Below are positions 50,523 to 63,950 of a DNA stretch of 64,000 nucleotides, piece by piece. Origin of the DNA: Mobula hypostoma (taxonomy: Eukaryota); NCBI RefSeq assembly GCF_963921235.1, contig NC_086097.1, positions 226,860,001 to 226,924,000 on the forward strand. The letters run 5' to 3'. Every line of letters begins with the position of its first letter. The stretch's first letter is position 1. The notes under the pieces were generated by a model. That model was not told where the DNA came from. It searched no databases and saw nothing but the letters and a program-made list of their open reading frames with translations. The position numbers and the translations under genes are program-made.

Positions 50523-52867
50523 GTAGGTGATCTCTTTTTTATAATACCCCTAGTGCATAAATATGTACAGTGCATAGTTCTCTATTTTAATGCCTCTTTG
50601 CTTTTGCTATCTAGAGTTGTTATTATTGCCCTGTACAATCCTGGTAGTTCAGTAATCTTTCAGCCTCAAATATTTAGCTACTTTTCACTGATTTATATTT
50701 TGATCTTCTGCCTCAGCTGTTCTGTGGCATTCATGACTGAAAGGTGGTATTTCAGCCACCTTTGGCCACTTCAGCCACTATGGAGTCTCAATCTTTGGCT
50801 AGTTAAGTGCTTAGCTGGCTTTCAAGTGGAGGGTCTGCACATGTGCATTCACTTAAATTGGGTATACAACCAATGCATGTGATTTTTGTTTTGGCCTTAC
50901 CCCAAAATACATTATTTCATATTCATTCCCATAATAATTTCTGGCGACTGAATCCATTTCCACTAAGTGCTCCTTGATATTCTGAAGACTTTTTGTTCGC
51001 ATTGTCAATTTGTCAAACCTAATGCTATTGTATTGTTATCATAATATTGTATACCAAGAACAAACATGAATTTCCATAATAACTTTTGGGGTATACTCCC
51101 AGTCATCTTTGCCTCCAATTTAAGAAAGTTTACAGTATTTCATCTGAATATTCCTTTCTAAACCTTTCATTATTTCACTTTTATTACCTTCTTAATACTA
51201 ACAATATTCCAAAGCATTAAATGTCCATTTACACCCCTCAGTTTTTTACCTTCCTTGGAATGAACCTAAAGTCCCTGACCTTCTAGCAACTGTACTTTTT
51301 TTTAATATAACAGCAACTAAGAATGGACCACTTGCCCTCACTCCTTCCTTCCCTTCTATCCTCCATCACCAAAGCAGCTCCACCATTCAAAGATAATGTC
51401 TGATCTCATTGTAACCTCAACACCATTGCAATCATCCAATGCTCCCAATGACCTTTTGTCCTCATTAGCTCTCCCACCTTTCAACAGCACCTTTAGGAAT
51501 TTACCTAGTATGCCTTTTCATAACTATTCAAAAATGCTATTTCCACTGCCTTTTGAGAAAGGCAATTCTAAAGATTCACAGCCCTCTTGAGAGAAAAAAA
51601 TTCAGTTGATCTGTCTAAAACAGCCAGTTCTTATTTTCTTAAACTGTGACCTCTGGTTCTAGGTTTCTTGAAAGAGAAAATATTCTTTTCACATACACTG
51701 TGAAGACTCCTGAGGATCTTGTGCATAGTCAATTCCTCTTGTTCTTCTAAACATTGGCAGATTTGAATCTAACCTTTCCAAACTTTCCCACGCCAGGTAT
51801 CAGTCTAAGTTACTTCCAGGGCACTAACATCCTCTTTTTAAATAAGGAGATCTGTCCTAAACATTGAAAACAAAACCTTCCTATTTTTGCATGAACTTGT
51901 TCTGTAGCTTGTTAAATCTGTTTAACAAGTTATGAGCCCATGGTATTGCAGGAAATACTTTACCGTGGATAAAGCAATGGCTGATTGGCAGGAGGCAAAA
52001 TGTGGGAATAAATGGAGACTTTTCTGGTTGGCTGTCAGTGACCAGTGGTGTTCCACAGGGGTCTGTGTTTGGCATCGATTCTTTTTATGTTATATGTCAA
52101 TGATTTGGATGACGGAATTGAAAGCTTTGTTGCAGCTTGATATGTAGCTAGGTGGAACAGAATAAACTATGGACATTTCGGTCTGAAGGGTCTCAGCCCG
52201 AAATATTGCCTGTTTACTCTTTTCCATAGTGCTGCCCGACCTGCTGAGTTCCTTCAGCATTTTGTGTATGTTGCTAGGATTTCCAGCATCTGCAGATTTT
52301 CTTGTGTTTGTGAGGACAGCTAATTACCTGCTGTACTTTTATAATTGCTTTCGTGAGTCATGAAGAAATACACTCGGATCCCACAGCATCTTAGAACTCT
52401 GCAATGTATCACCACGTAGATAATACAGTAAAACCCCATTAATTGGATGCTCTTGGAATTCTGGTGGTGGCAGACTGTCAATTTTAACGGACTGTTGGAT
52501 GTTAATCCAATTAATACTCCAACACACATTTTCTATTTGCACTTTTTTAAAAAAGATTTAAATAAGAAAGATTGGTATAATGTTTTCCAGTACATTCAGT
52601 AAGTTTAAAGGAACTGCAGGAAATAAGTCTGCAGTGAGATTAAAGGGAATGTAGGAATAGTGCCCCATTGAGACATAGAGTCACAGAACACTACAGCACA
52701 GAAACAGGCCCTTCAGCCTATCTAGTCTGTGCTGACCCATTACCCTGCCTAGTTCCATTGATCTGTACCAGAACCAAAAACCACCGTACTCCCATCCATG
52801 TATCTATCCAAATTTCAACCCCACATCCACCAGTTGCCCTGGCAGCTCGTTCCACTAAGTTCAAGTT

Positions 52868-54010
52868 CAAGCTCCGGAACCGTGGCCTTAGCACTCAGAT
52901 CTGCAGCTGGATCTTCAACTTCCTCACAGACAGGACCCAGGCTGTAAAAATAGGGGACAAGCTCTCCTGTACAATCACTCTGAGCACCGGTGCCCCACAA
53001 GGCTGTGTACTCAGCCCCCTGCTGTACTCACTGTACACCCATGATTGTGTAGCCAAGTTTCCATCAAACTCAATATGTAAGTTTGCTGATGACACAACAA
53101 TTATAGGCCGTATTTCGGGTAATGATGAGTTTGAGTACAGAGAGGAAATTAAGAACCTGGTGGCATGGTGCGAAGACAATAACCTATCCCTCAATGTCAG
53201 CAAGATGAAGGAATTGGTTGTTGACTTCAGAAGGAGTAACGGACCGCACAACCCAATTTACATTGGTGGTGCGCAAGTGGAACAGATCAAAAGCTTTAAG
53301 TTCCTCGGGGTCAATATCACAAATGATCTGACTTGGTCCAACCAAGCAGAGTTCACTGCCAAGAAGGCCCACCAGTGCCTTTACTTCCTGAGAAAACTAA
53401 AGAAATTTGGCCTGTCCCCTAAAACCCTCACTAATTTTCGTAGATGCACCGTAGAAAGCATTCTTCTAGGGTGCATCACAACCTGGTATGGAAGTTGTCC
53501 TGTCCAAGACCAAAAGAAGCTGCAGAAGATCGTGAACACGGCGCAGCACATCACACAAACCAATCTTCCGTCCGTGGACTCACTTTACACCGCACGCTGT
53601 CGGAGCAGTGCTGCCAGGATAATCAAGGACACGACCCACCCAGCCAACACACTTTTCGTCCCTCTTCCCTCCGGGAGAAGGCTCAGGAGCTTGAAGACTC
53701 GTATGGTCAGATTTGGGAACAGCTTCTTTCCAACTGTGATAAGACTGCTGAACGGATCTGGGCCATACCCTCCAAATATCTGGACCTGCCTCTCAGTTTT
53801 TTTGCACTACCTTACTTCCCATTTTTCTATTTTCTATTTATGATTTATAATTTAAATTTTTAATATTTACTAATTTTAACTATTTTCAATATTTTTAATA
53901 TTTAGTATTTGTAATCCAGAGAGTGCGAAGCGCAGAGTCAAATATTGCTGTGATGATTGTACGTTCTAGTATCAATTGTTTGGCGACAATAAAGTATGAA
54001 GTATAAAGTT
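52868..54010 (+). mobile_element. Young 5'-truncated Rex1/Babar LINE with an uninterrupted RT C-terminal frame
   Basis: [60 protein letters not shown]. Ends GACAATAAAGTATGAAGTATAAAGT. Confidence 0.93.
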
Positions 54011-54028
54011 TATTGTCATCGACTGTAC

Positions 54029-57015
54029 ATATAGAGTCATAGAGAAGTACAGCACAGAAACAGGCCCTTTGACCCATCTAGCCCATGCCAAAATATTTAA
54101 GCTACCTACTCACATCAATCTGTACTTGGACCATCGCCCTCCATATCCCTACTATCCATGCACCTATCCAATCTTCTCTTAAACATTGAAATTGAGCTTG
54201 CATGCACCATTTGTGCTGGCAGCTCATTCCATACTCTCACGACCCTCTGAGTGAAAAAATTTCCCCTCATGTTCCCTTTAAAGTTCTCATCTTTCACCCT
54301 TAACCCATGACCTCTGTTTGTAATCCCATTCTATCTCAGTGGAAAAATCTGCTTGCACTTACCCTATCCATACCCCTCATAATTTTGTATACCTCTATCA
54401 AATCTCCTCTCAATCTTCTACACTCTTAAGAATACAGTCCCAATTTATTTAGTCTTTCCTTATAGCTTAAGTCTTCCACATTGGGCAACATCCTTGTAAA
54501 TTTTCTCTGGACTCTTTCAACCTTGTTTACATCTTCCCAGTGGGTGGGTGACTAACACTGCACACAATACTCCAAATTAGGCCTCACCAACTTCAACATC
54601 AATTAGAACTTCAACATAACATCCCATCTTCTGTACTCAATACATTGATTTATGATGCCAAAGGGCCGAAAGCCTTCTTTACGACGCTATCTACCTGTGA
54701 TGCCACTTTCAATAAATTATGTAACTGTATTCCCAGATCCCTTTGTTCTACCACACTCCTCAGTGCCTTACCATCTGCTGTGTAAGTCCTGGTTGGTCCT
54801 ACCAAAGTGCAAAACCTCGTATTTGTCTGCATTAAATTCCATCTGTCAGCTTTCTGCCCATTTTTCTAGCTGAGGCAGATCCCTCTGCAAGACGTGGTAG
54901 CCTTTCTCACTGTCCATTGCACCCCCAATTTTGGTGTCATCCGCAAATTTTGCTGATCCGATTAACTACATTATCATCCAGATCTAGATGACAAGCAACA
55001 AAGCACAGCACTAGTCCCAGGCATCCAGTCAGAAAGGCAACCCTCTACTACCACTCTCTGGCTTCTCCCACAAAGCCAATGTCTAATCCTATTTACTATC
55101 TCATCCTGAATGACAAGCGACTGAACCTTATTGACCAACCTCTCATGTGGGACCTTGTCAAATATATACAACCAAATGAAACAACATTCCTTCAGGCCAC
55201 AGTGCACCCACATAACATATATCACTCACAGCATGTAAACCAAAATTTTATACTCCAAATAAGTTAATTAAATGTAATTCAAAATGCATGTTGTAAAGTG
55301 CAGGACAGTTAAACAGTAAAGAGCCTAGAAATGAGTCCTTGATGGTGGCAAGGTTTTCATTAGCCTCACAGCCTCAGGGAAAAAGCTGTCTGGCAATCCT
55401 AGTCCTGATCCTATTTACTACCTCATCTTGAATGCCAAGTGACTGAACGTTTTTGGCCTACCTACTATATGGGACCTTGTCAAAGACCTTGTTTAAGTCC
55501 ATGTAGACAGCACCCACTGCCTTGCCCTGATCAACTTTCCTGGTAACTTCCTTGAAAAACTCTTATCAGATTGGACAGACATGACTTACCATGCACAAAG
55601 CCATGTTAACTAACCCTAATCAGTCCCTGTCTATCCAAATATTTATATAAGTGGTCCCTTAGAATACCTTCCAGTAACTTTCCCACCACTAACATCGGGC
55701 TCACTGGCATATAATTTCTTGGCTTAGTTTTAGAGCCTTTCACAAACAACGCAACAACTATAGCTATCCTCCAATCCTTCGGCATCTCACTCATAGCCAA
55801 GGATGTTTTAAGTATCTCCGCTAGGGCCCCTGCAATTTCTGCACTAGCCTCCCACAGGGTCTAAGGGAATGCGTTGTCAAGCCCTGGAGATTTATCCACC
55901 CTTATTTGCTTTAAGAAAGTAAATACCTCCTCCTCTATAAATCTGTATACGGTACATGGCCTTGCTGCTGCATTGCCTCGCGACAAAATACAGATGGAAA
56001 AAATCCACTTGCAGTCTACCCCATCTCTGTCAGCTCCATTGATAGATTAGCACTCAGATCTTCCAGAAGACCAATTTTGTCTTTTGCTATCATTTTGCTC
56101 TTAATATATCTGTAGAATCCCTTGGGATTCTTGTCTGCTAAAGCAAGCTCATGCCTTCTTTTCGCTGTACTAATTTCCTCCTTAAGTGTTCTCTTACATT
56201 TCTTATGCTCAAGTACTTCATTTGTTCCTGCTTGCCTAGACCTGCCATGCATGTCCATCTTTTTGTTAACCAGGGCCTCAATATCTATTGAAAACATTGG
56301 TTCCTTAAAACTGTTACCCTTGCCTGTTTATTCTGAAAGGAATTTGCAAACTCTGTATTGTCAACATTTCACTTTTGAAATCCTCCCATTTACCAAGTAC
56401 TTTGCCAGAAAACAACCTGTCCCAATCCGCACATGCAGATCCTTTCTGATACCAGAAAAATTGGCCTTTCTCCAATTTAGAATCTCAACCCAAGGACCAG
56501 ACCTATCATTTTCCAGTATGCTTCTCTAAATCCTGCGGAGTTCTGGGTAGTCAATAATATAATGCCATTAACATGGTCATGCCTTTCTTATTCCTCAGTT
56601 CTATCCATGAAGTCTCATTAGACGAACTCTCCAGTCTGTCCTGACTGATCATTATTGTGACATTTTCCTTGACTAGTAATGCCACCCCTGTCCTTGTAAT
56701 CCCTCCCACTCTATCCCTCATCAAAAACAATGGAACTCTGGAACATTAAGCTGTCAGTCACAGGCCGTCGGCAACCAAGAGTCACTAAGGGCCACAATGT
56801 CATAATTCCACATGCTGATCCATGCCCCTAAGTTCAAATGCCTTTCCTTTAATACTCCTTGCATTGAAATATATGCAGCTCAAAATATTAGTCCCACCAT
56901 GCTTGAGCTCTTGATTCCTGATTTTATATGTAGACTTAACAACATCTTTTTCCACAACTGTTCCATTATTTGTTTTGGCACTTAGGTTCCTATCCCATTG
57001 CAATTCTCATTTAAA
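54029..57015 (-). mobile_element. Long degenerate CR1 LINE (endonuclease start to 3' end), with an insertion at about 55160-55410
   Basis: 'LSCIYFNARSI' (ORF 56800-57003), NPKGFYRYIKSK, FDKVPHERL, GNFFTQRVVRVWNELP. Confidence 0.9.
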
Positions 57016-57869
57016 GTTTTAAAAGAATAAGAGAACAACGTCCCAAACTAATCTAGTTTTAAAAGATACAGGAACAATGAATTTTGTGTGTTAAATGGAA
57101 CGATACCCAGAAAGCCAAATGGTGAACTACTGGGATTCAGAAAAAGCAAAATTTTATTGCACTGTTCTCTAATTATCTACCAGCTTGTTTATTAATTCCT
57201 CTTCAAAAAGAAGACCTTCAGTAAAGGATAATGACTAATTACAAGCTTTCAGTAAAAAAGGCTTATCCATTGTGTCATATAATACAAATAGAGCAATCTA
57301 TGCAATACGAAAATTATCTACTTAAATCAACGATGTACATTAGTGCACTAATATTTGCACTCTAGTGGAAGATGAATCACACATTTGTACAGTTTTATAA
57401 CAACATAACACATTTATTAATGTGATGTTGCACAATTTAATTGTTCCTGTAGAAGTTTGTGCAAAATTATAAAGCAGTAGAATTTATGTACTTTACCAAA
57501 AATTAATAAATGGTGAAGCCTGTCAATAGTAGCCAAGAAACTGGATATCACAAGTGTCCTTCAGGTGTTGTGGGTTTAGTCTTATACCAAATTGGAGGTC
57601 ACCAAAAAGTGTTGTAAAACTAGACCACCCTTGCTTTGAGAAAGTATTATTGATATTTAGAGAAATAAAAATTACAGGGGATGGCTTTTAATGTATAAAA
57701 ATGTATTCTAAAGGGAAATTCTGTATTAAGACACAAGTAACTTTAGTTACTGGAATATTGGGAAAAAAAAACAAACTGCTGGAGGAACTCCGAGGATTGA
57801 GCAGCATCAGTGGAGGGAAAGGATGGTGGAGCTTTCAGCTTGAGATCCTACATCAGAACTGAGACTGAA

Positions 57870-58580
57870 GTTGATGATCGATGTGAGATCTACTACGAGG
57901 CTGTCATTAAGGCATGTTACCTTATTTTTAATTGGCACTGGGATGATAATAGTCTTCCAAAGCTGTTAGGATCCTCGGGGAGGTTAAGGATTTCTGTGAA
58001 TACACCCGACAGCTAAATCACACAGGATCCGAGGACATGGCCGAAGACACTATTCAGGCAAGTTGCTTTCTGAGGAGCACTCAGAAAGAATGATTTTGCA
58101 TCTGTGTTGGTGACTGAATGAAGGTGTGTCAGAGGCTGCTGGGGCAGATGGTGTCACTTCATTGATTTTCTGTTAAAAGTGTGTCTTGGAAAGGGCTGTC
58201 TGACTTTGCTTTATAGTATATTATAGCATGCAAACCTTGCCATAACTGGCAGCTTGTCTGAGACTCTATATTGATCTGGTATTGTCTCTTGGCACCCCTG
58301 ATAGCTTTATGAAGCTGTACCTAGATTAGGGTCAAGGTTTGAAGGCCTCAGACCTGGACTTCATTAAGGAATGGATCTCTCTGCTCATCCATGGTTTTCA
58401 ATCAGGGAACACCTGAATGTCCTCTTTGGGACACAGTCCTTGACACATTTACTGATGAAATCTGTGACAACAGTAGCATACTCATTTTGTTTGGTCGCTG
58501 TGATATGGAGCGATCACCTGAATTGATGCAGTCGTGTAGAAGCTTATTTATTTCCTCTGAGCAGTGTGGCTGTCTATATT
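57870..58580 (-). mobile_element. Old LINE fragment, probably Rex1/Babar-type
   Basis: Reverse strand gives 'KAIRGAKRQY' and 'QLWQGL'-like remnants around 58235-58320. Confidence 0.5.
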
Positions 58581-58584
58581 GCAT

Positions 58585-59637
58585 CTATGTGGACAGTCCT
58601 ATAAGAGGAGGGGCCTTACTGGACTTGGTTTTGGATAATGATTCTGGCCAGGTGACTGACTTTTTAGTGGATGAATAGTTAGGGAATGGTCACCACAACT
58701 CCTTACCTTTCAGGATAGCTATAGATAAAGATAGGTTTAGTCCTTGTGGAAGAGTTTTTAAACGGAGTAGGACAAATTACAAGGGCAGTAGGCAGTAACT
58801 AAGAAGATGTAATTGGGACACCTTTTCTCTGGCAAGTCCATATCAGATGTGGAGGCTATTTAAAGATCATTGGCACTGAGTACAGTAAAGGTAGCTATCT
58901 GTTAGAAGCAAAGATGGGGGTGGAAAGATAATTGAACCTTGGATGTCCAGCAAGATAATGAATTTAGTCAAGAAGAAAAAGGAAAATTATGTTAAACCTC
59001 AGAAGTCAGGATCAAACAAAGCACTTGAGTATAAAGAAGCCAAAAAAGAACGAAAGAAGAGAATTCGAGAAGTCAGGAGGGGCCATGAAAAGTCCTTGGC
59101 AAGTAGGATTACATACTACGTACATGTATGCATTCTATACATACATCAAAAGTAAATATCAAGGTAGGTCAAATATGATGGCAGAATATAGTATTAATAT
59201 AGTATTAATGGTAAGACTCTTGGCAGTGTGGAGGATCAGAGGGATCTTGGGGTCCGAGTCCTTAGGATGCTCAAAGCAGCTGCGCATGTTGCCTCTGTGG
59301 TTAAGAAGGAATACAGTGTATTGGCCTTCATCAATTGTGGAATTGAATTTAGGAGCCGAGAGGTAATGTTGCAGCTATATAGGACCCGGGTCAGACCCCA
59401 CTTGGAGTACTGTGCTCAGCTCTGGTCGCCTCATTACAGGAAGGATGTGGAAACCATAGAAGGGTGCAGAGGAGATTTATAAGGATGTTCCCTGGATTGG
59501 GAAGCATGCCTTATGAAGACAGGTTGAGTGAACTCGGCCTTTTCTCCTTGGAGCAATGGAGGATGAGAGGTGACCTGATAGAGATGTATAAGATGATGAG
59601 AAGCATTGATCGTGTGGATAGTCAGAGGCTTTTCCCC
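58585..59637 (+). mobile_element. CR1 LINE fragments
   Basis: 'PIRGGALLDLVL', 'QRDLGV...VRPHLEYCAQLWSPHYRKD'. Confidence 0.85.
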
Positions 59638-60659
59638 CACCTCAACCACATTCCTTGGCCTTCTCCCTGATAACTTTGATGCCGTGTTCAATCAAGAACC
59701 TATTAATCTCTGCCTTAAATATACCCAACGACCTGGTCTCCACAGCTACGTGTTGCAACAAATTGCACAAGTTCACCACCCTCTGGCTAAAGCAATTTCT
59801 CTGCATCTCTGTTTTAAATGGACACCCCTCTATCCTGAGGCTGTGCTCTCTTGTTCTAGACTTGCTGACCAGTCAGGGACAGGAGGGTGTGACTGTGAGT
59901 GAGGTGGGTCGTGAGATCCAAGAGACAGTGCTGGAGGAGCCTCAGCCCTTGAGCTTGTCCAACAGGTTTCAGATTCTTGCTCCCTATGTGGATGAGAGTG
60001 GGGGCTATAGGAAGGATGAACAACCTAACTGTGGCATTGTAGTTCAGGGAGACATTCAAGAGTGGGGAGAGAAGAGAAATGTGGTAAGTGGGGATAGAAT
60101 GGTCAGAGGAATAGACAGAGTTCAATGTTGCGAGGATCGAGCATGCTGAAGGTTGTGTTGCCTGCCTAGTGCCCGGGTTTGGGACATCTTATCTAACCTG
60201 CAGAGGAATTTGCATGGGAGAGGAAAGATCAAGTTGTCATAGTCCATGTGGGTACCAGTGACATAGGAAGGATGAGGAAAGAGGTTCTGCTGAGGGAATT
60301 TGAGCAGCTAGGGACTAAATTAAAAAGCAGTACCAAAAAGGTGGTAATCTCTGGATTACTACCTGAGCCATTTTTTAAATTGGCATAGGGTCAAGTAGGT
60401 TACAGGGTTAAATGCATGGCTCAAGGATTAGTGTAGGAGAAGTGGGTTTGAATTCATGGGAAATTGGCACCAGTAATGCAGAAGGAGGGAGCTGTACCAA
60501 TGGGACGAGCTCCACCTGAACCATGATGGGACCTGTATTCTAGCGAATTGCATAACTCGGGCTGTGGATAGGACTTTAAACTGAATAGTAGGGGATTGGG
60601 TTCAACAAATGATAGAAGTATGGATAAAGTGAAAAAGAGAAGTGTGGATCAAAATAAAT

Positions 60660-61195
60660 ATTTGCTGAGGAGACTGCGGTCCTTTAACATCTGTTGGACG
60701 ATGCTGAGGATGTTCTACGAGTCTGTGGTGGCCAATGCTATCATGTTTGCTGTTGTTTGCTGGGGCAGCAGGCTGAGGGTAGCAGACACCAACAGAATCA
60801 ACAAACTCATTCGTAAGGCCAGTGATGTTGTGGGGATGGAACTGGACTCTCTGGCGGTGGTGTCTGAAAAGAGGATGCAGTCCAAGTTGCATGCCATCTC
60901 GAACAATGTCTCTCATCCACTACATAATGTACTGGTTGGGCATAAGAGTACATCCAGCCAGAGACTCATAAGTCATTCCTGCCTGTGGCTATCAAACTTT
61001 ACAACTCCTCCCTTGGAGGGTCAGACACCCTGAGCCAATAGGCTGGTCCTGGACTTATTTCCATCTGGCATAATTTACATACTATTATTTAATTATTTAT
61101 GGTTTTATATTGCTATATTTATACTCTATTCTTGGTTGGTGCAACTGTAATGAAACTCAATTTCCCTCAGGATCAATAAAGTATGTCTGTCTGTA
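60660..61195 (+). mobile_element. Rex1/Babar 3' fragment, same family as 29225-30672, (TGTC)n tail
   Basis: Near-identical 'RSFNICWTMLRMFYESVV...' and shared 3' UTR. Confidence 0.9.
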
Positions 61196-61794
61196 AAAGC
61201 AAAAGATATAAAAAGAGAACGGTAAGAGTGGAGTGAAGAAAAGTCAAGTGCAAAAGAGTAAAAGATTTCAAGATTTTTAAAGCACAATGAGTGTAAGGGC
61301 ATTTTATTTGAATGCCTGTAGTACTCGCAACAAGGTCAGTGAACTTGCAACACAAGTCAGTACAAAGGGGTATGATTTAGTGGGCATTCCAGAGATGTGG
61401 TTGCAGGGTGGAGAGGATTGGGAATTAAATATCCAAGGATATCAGGTAATATGGAGGGAAAGGCAGGAAGGTAAGGGAGGTGGGATAGTTCTCTTAATTA
61501 AAGATGAGATCAGGACGATAGTGAGAGATGATGTAAGATCTAAGGAGCAGAATGTTGAATCCATCTGGGTAGATATTAGGAATAATAGTAAAGGGGAAAA
61601 AATCACTAGTGGGAGTTGCCTATTGGCCACCGAATAATAACATTATAGTGGCACAGCCAATAAACAGAGAAACATTTGAGGCATGTAAGAATGGAACAGC
61701 AGTTATCATGGGGGACCTTAACTTGCATGTAGATTGGGTGAATCCAGTTGGTCGAAGCAGTCATGAGGAGGACTTCATAATTGCATCTGTGTTG

Positions 61795-62298
61795 CATCAA
61801 AAGAAGAAAAAGACACCTTTACGAGAATGAAGAGTATACTGACCAATACTAAACTAGGCCTGACAACCTGCCTCAGAGTACTGAAATGTTACGTTTATCC
61901 AGTTATGTTGTATGGATCAGAGTGTTGGACAATATCTAGTAACATGAAGAAATGAATTGAAGCAGCAGAGATGTGGTTTTTGAGGAGGATGCAAAGAATG
62001 TCATGGACAAAACGAATATCTAACGAGGATTCATGAACAGAGCAAGCACAAAAAGAGAAATAATGTATGAGATCATGAAAAGGCAACATAACTTAATTGG
62101 ACATGTGATTAGGAAAGAGGAGTTAGAATGCACGGTAATTATGGGAAAGATTGAAGGGAAGAAAGCAAAAGGAAGGCAAAGACTAATGATGATGGAGACA
62201 GCAGCCAAAGAACTGGAACTGAAATTCCAAAACAGGAGTGTGTGGGCCATGGCAGTCAAAGCTCAAATTGGGCATGGCACCTGATAATGATGATGATG
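61795..62298 (+). mobile_element. RTE-clade LINE 3' fragment with (TGA)n tail
   Basis: LKCYVYPVMLYGSECWTI, IEAAEMWFLRRMQRMSWTKRISNE, GHVIRK...GKIEGK..KGRQR. Tail TGATAATGATGATGATG. Confidence 0.88.
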
Positions 62299-63330
62299 AG
62301 ACTGGGAGCACAGGCTATACGATAAGATGGTTGAAGAACAGTGGAAGACTTTCAAAGAGATTTTTTCCACGGTGCTCAACAAGAGTATATTCCAATTAAA
62401 AGCGAGGACAGTAAGGGGAGGAAAGAGCCAGCCTTGGGTAACTAAGGAAATAAAATAAGACATCAGACTAATAGCTTGTTCATACAAAGTTGCCAAGAGT
62501 AGTGGGAAACTGGAAGATTGAGTAAACTTCAAAAAGCAATAAACAATCCCTAAGCGAGCAATAAAGGAAGGGAAGATAGATTATGTAAATAAACTAGCAC
62601 AAAATATAAAAACAGATGGTAGAAGTTTTTATAATTATGTAAAGTGGAAAAGGGTGGCTAAAGTGAACTTAGGTTCCTTGGAGAACAAGAAGGGGGAATT
62701 GATATTGGATAATGAGGAAATTGCTGAGGCTTTGAATGTCTATTTTCTGTCGGTCTTCACAGTGGAGGACATGTCTAACATGCCAAAGAGAGATGTTATG
62801 GATGTGATGGGAGGTGAGGACCTTGATACAATAGCTATTACTAAAGAGGTAATGCTGAACAAGCTGTGGGCTTGAAGATAGGTAAGTCCCCTGGTCCTGA
62901 TAGAATGTGTCCCAGGGTACTAAAAGAAATGGCAGAAGTTACAATAGAGACTTTGGTGATAATTTACCTAAATTCTCTGAACTCTGGGCAGGTCCAGGCA
63001 GATTGGAAGATGGTGAATGTCACACCACTGTTCAAAAAAGGGTGCAGGCAAAAGACAGGTAACTACATACCAGTTAGTTTAACATCTGTAGTTGGGAAAA
63101 TTGCTTGAAGTAGTGAGGCATCTGGAAAGAAATGGATCCATCAGGCAGACACAGCATGGACTCAGCAAAGGCAGGTCTGTTTGACACACTTACTGGAGTT
63201 CCCTAAGGATATAACAAGTGCAGTGGATAGAGGTGAACAGATGGACATTATTTACTTGGATTTCCAGAAGGCATTTGATAAGGTGCCACATAAAAGACAT
63301 CCACAAGATAAGGATACATAAAGTATCCTA

Positions 63331-63950
63331 GAAAGGCGGGAGGAGAGAGAGCAGCATGCCTGTGCGTGCACAGCCCTCCAGTGAAAAATGATATCGTATC
63401 TGTTAAATAGGGGTCATGGACAGTTCTGATTTGATGGAGAATGGACGTGAAAGCACAGAGGAACATCTGGAGAAATTTCTGAAACGCTCGTTGGCTGCTG
63501 TCATTACTGCGTGGTCGGGAATCTTTCGGAGGGTAGTAGGCCTCAAAATCCCTGGCTTTGCCTGCTGTTGGCCACCGAGGTTGAGGTCGAATCGTTTGGA
63601 CAGAGATGGCGCTCAGTACTCAGTGCCGGAGAGCTGATCAGAGCTCGAAGTTTTCGGATGACTCGGAGTCGGACTGTGGTTGGCATGGCAGGGAGAGTTT
63701 TTCTTTCTTCTCCTGTCTGCGTGAGATGTGGGACATTTGAGAGACTTTGAACTTTTACTGTGCTCATGGACTTCTTCATCAAGTTATGGTATTGTTGCAC
63801 TGTTGTAACTATATGTTATAATTATGTGGATTTGTCAGTTTTTTCAGTCTTGGTCCTGTGTTTTGTGATATCACACTGGAGGAAATACTGTATCATTTCT
63901 TAATGCATGCATTACTAAATGACAATAAAAGAGGACTATGTGTCTTCATA
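63331..63950 (+). mobile_element. Non-coding SINE-like element related to 36541-37196
   Basis: Shares TTTGAGACTTT...CACTGTTGTAACTATATGTTATAATTATGTGG...AATGCATGCAT...AAATGACAATAAA and a GAGGAC...GTCTTC hairpin. Confidence 0.7.

Noticed and set aside
50451..50882. 143-aa ORF with a hydrophobic tail
   Set aside because: Only the part up to 50522 looks coding. The rest is read-through into T-rich intron.
52668..53843. 391-aa ORF as a host gene
   Set aside because: Chimera of a reverse CR1 tail and a truncated Rex1/Babar RT.
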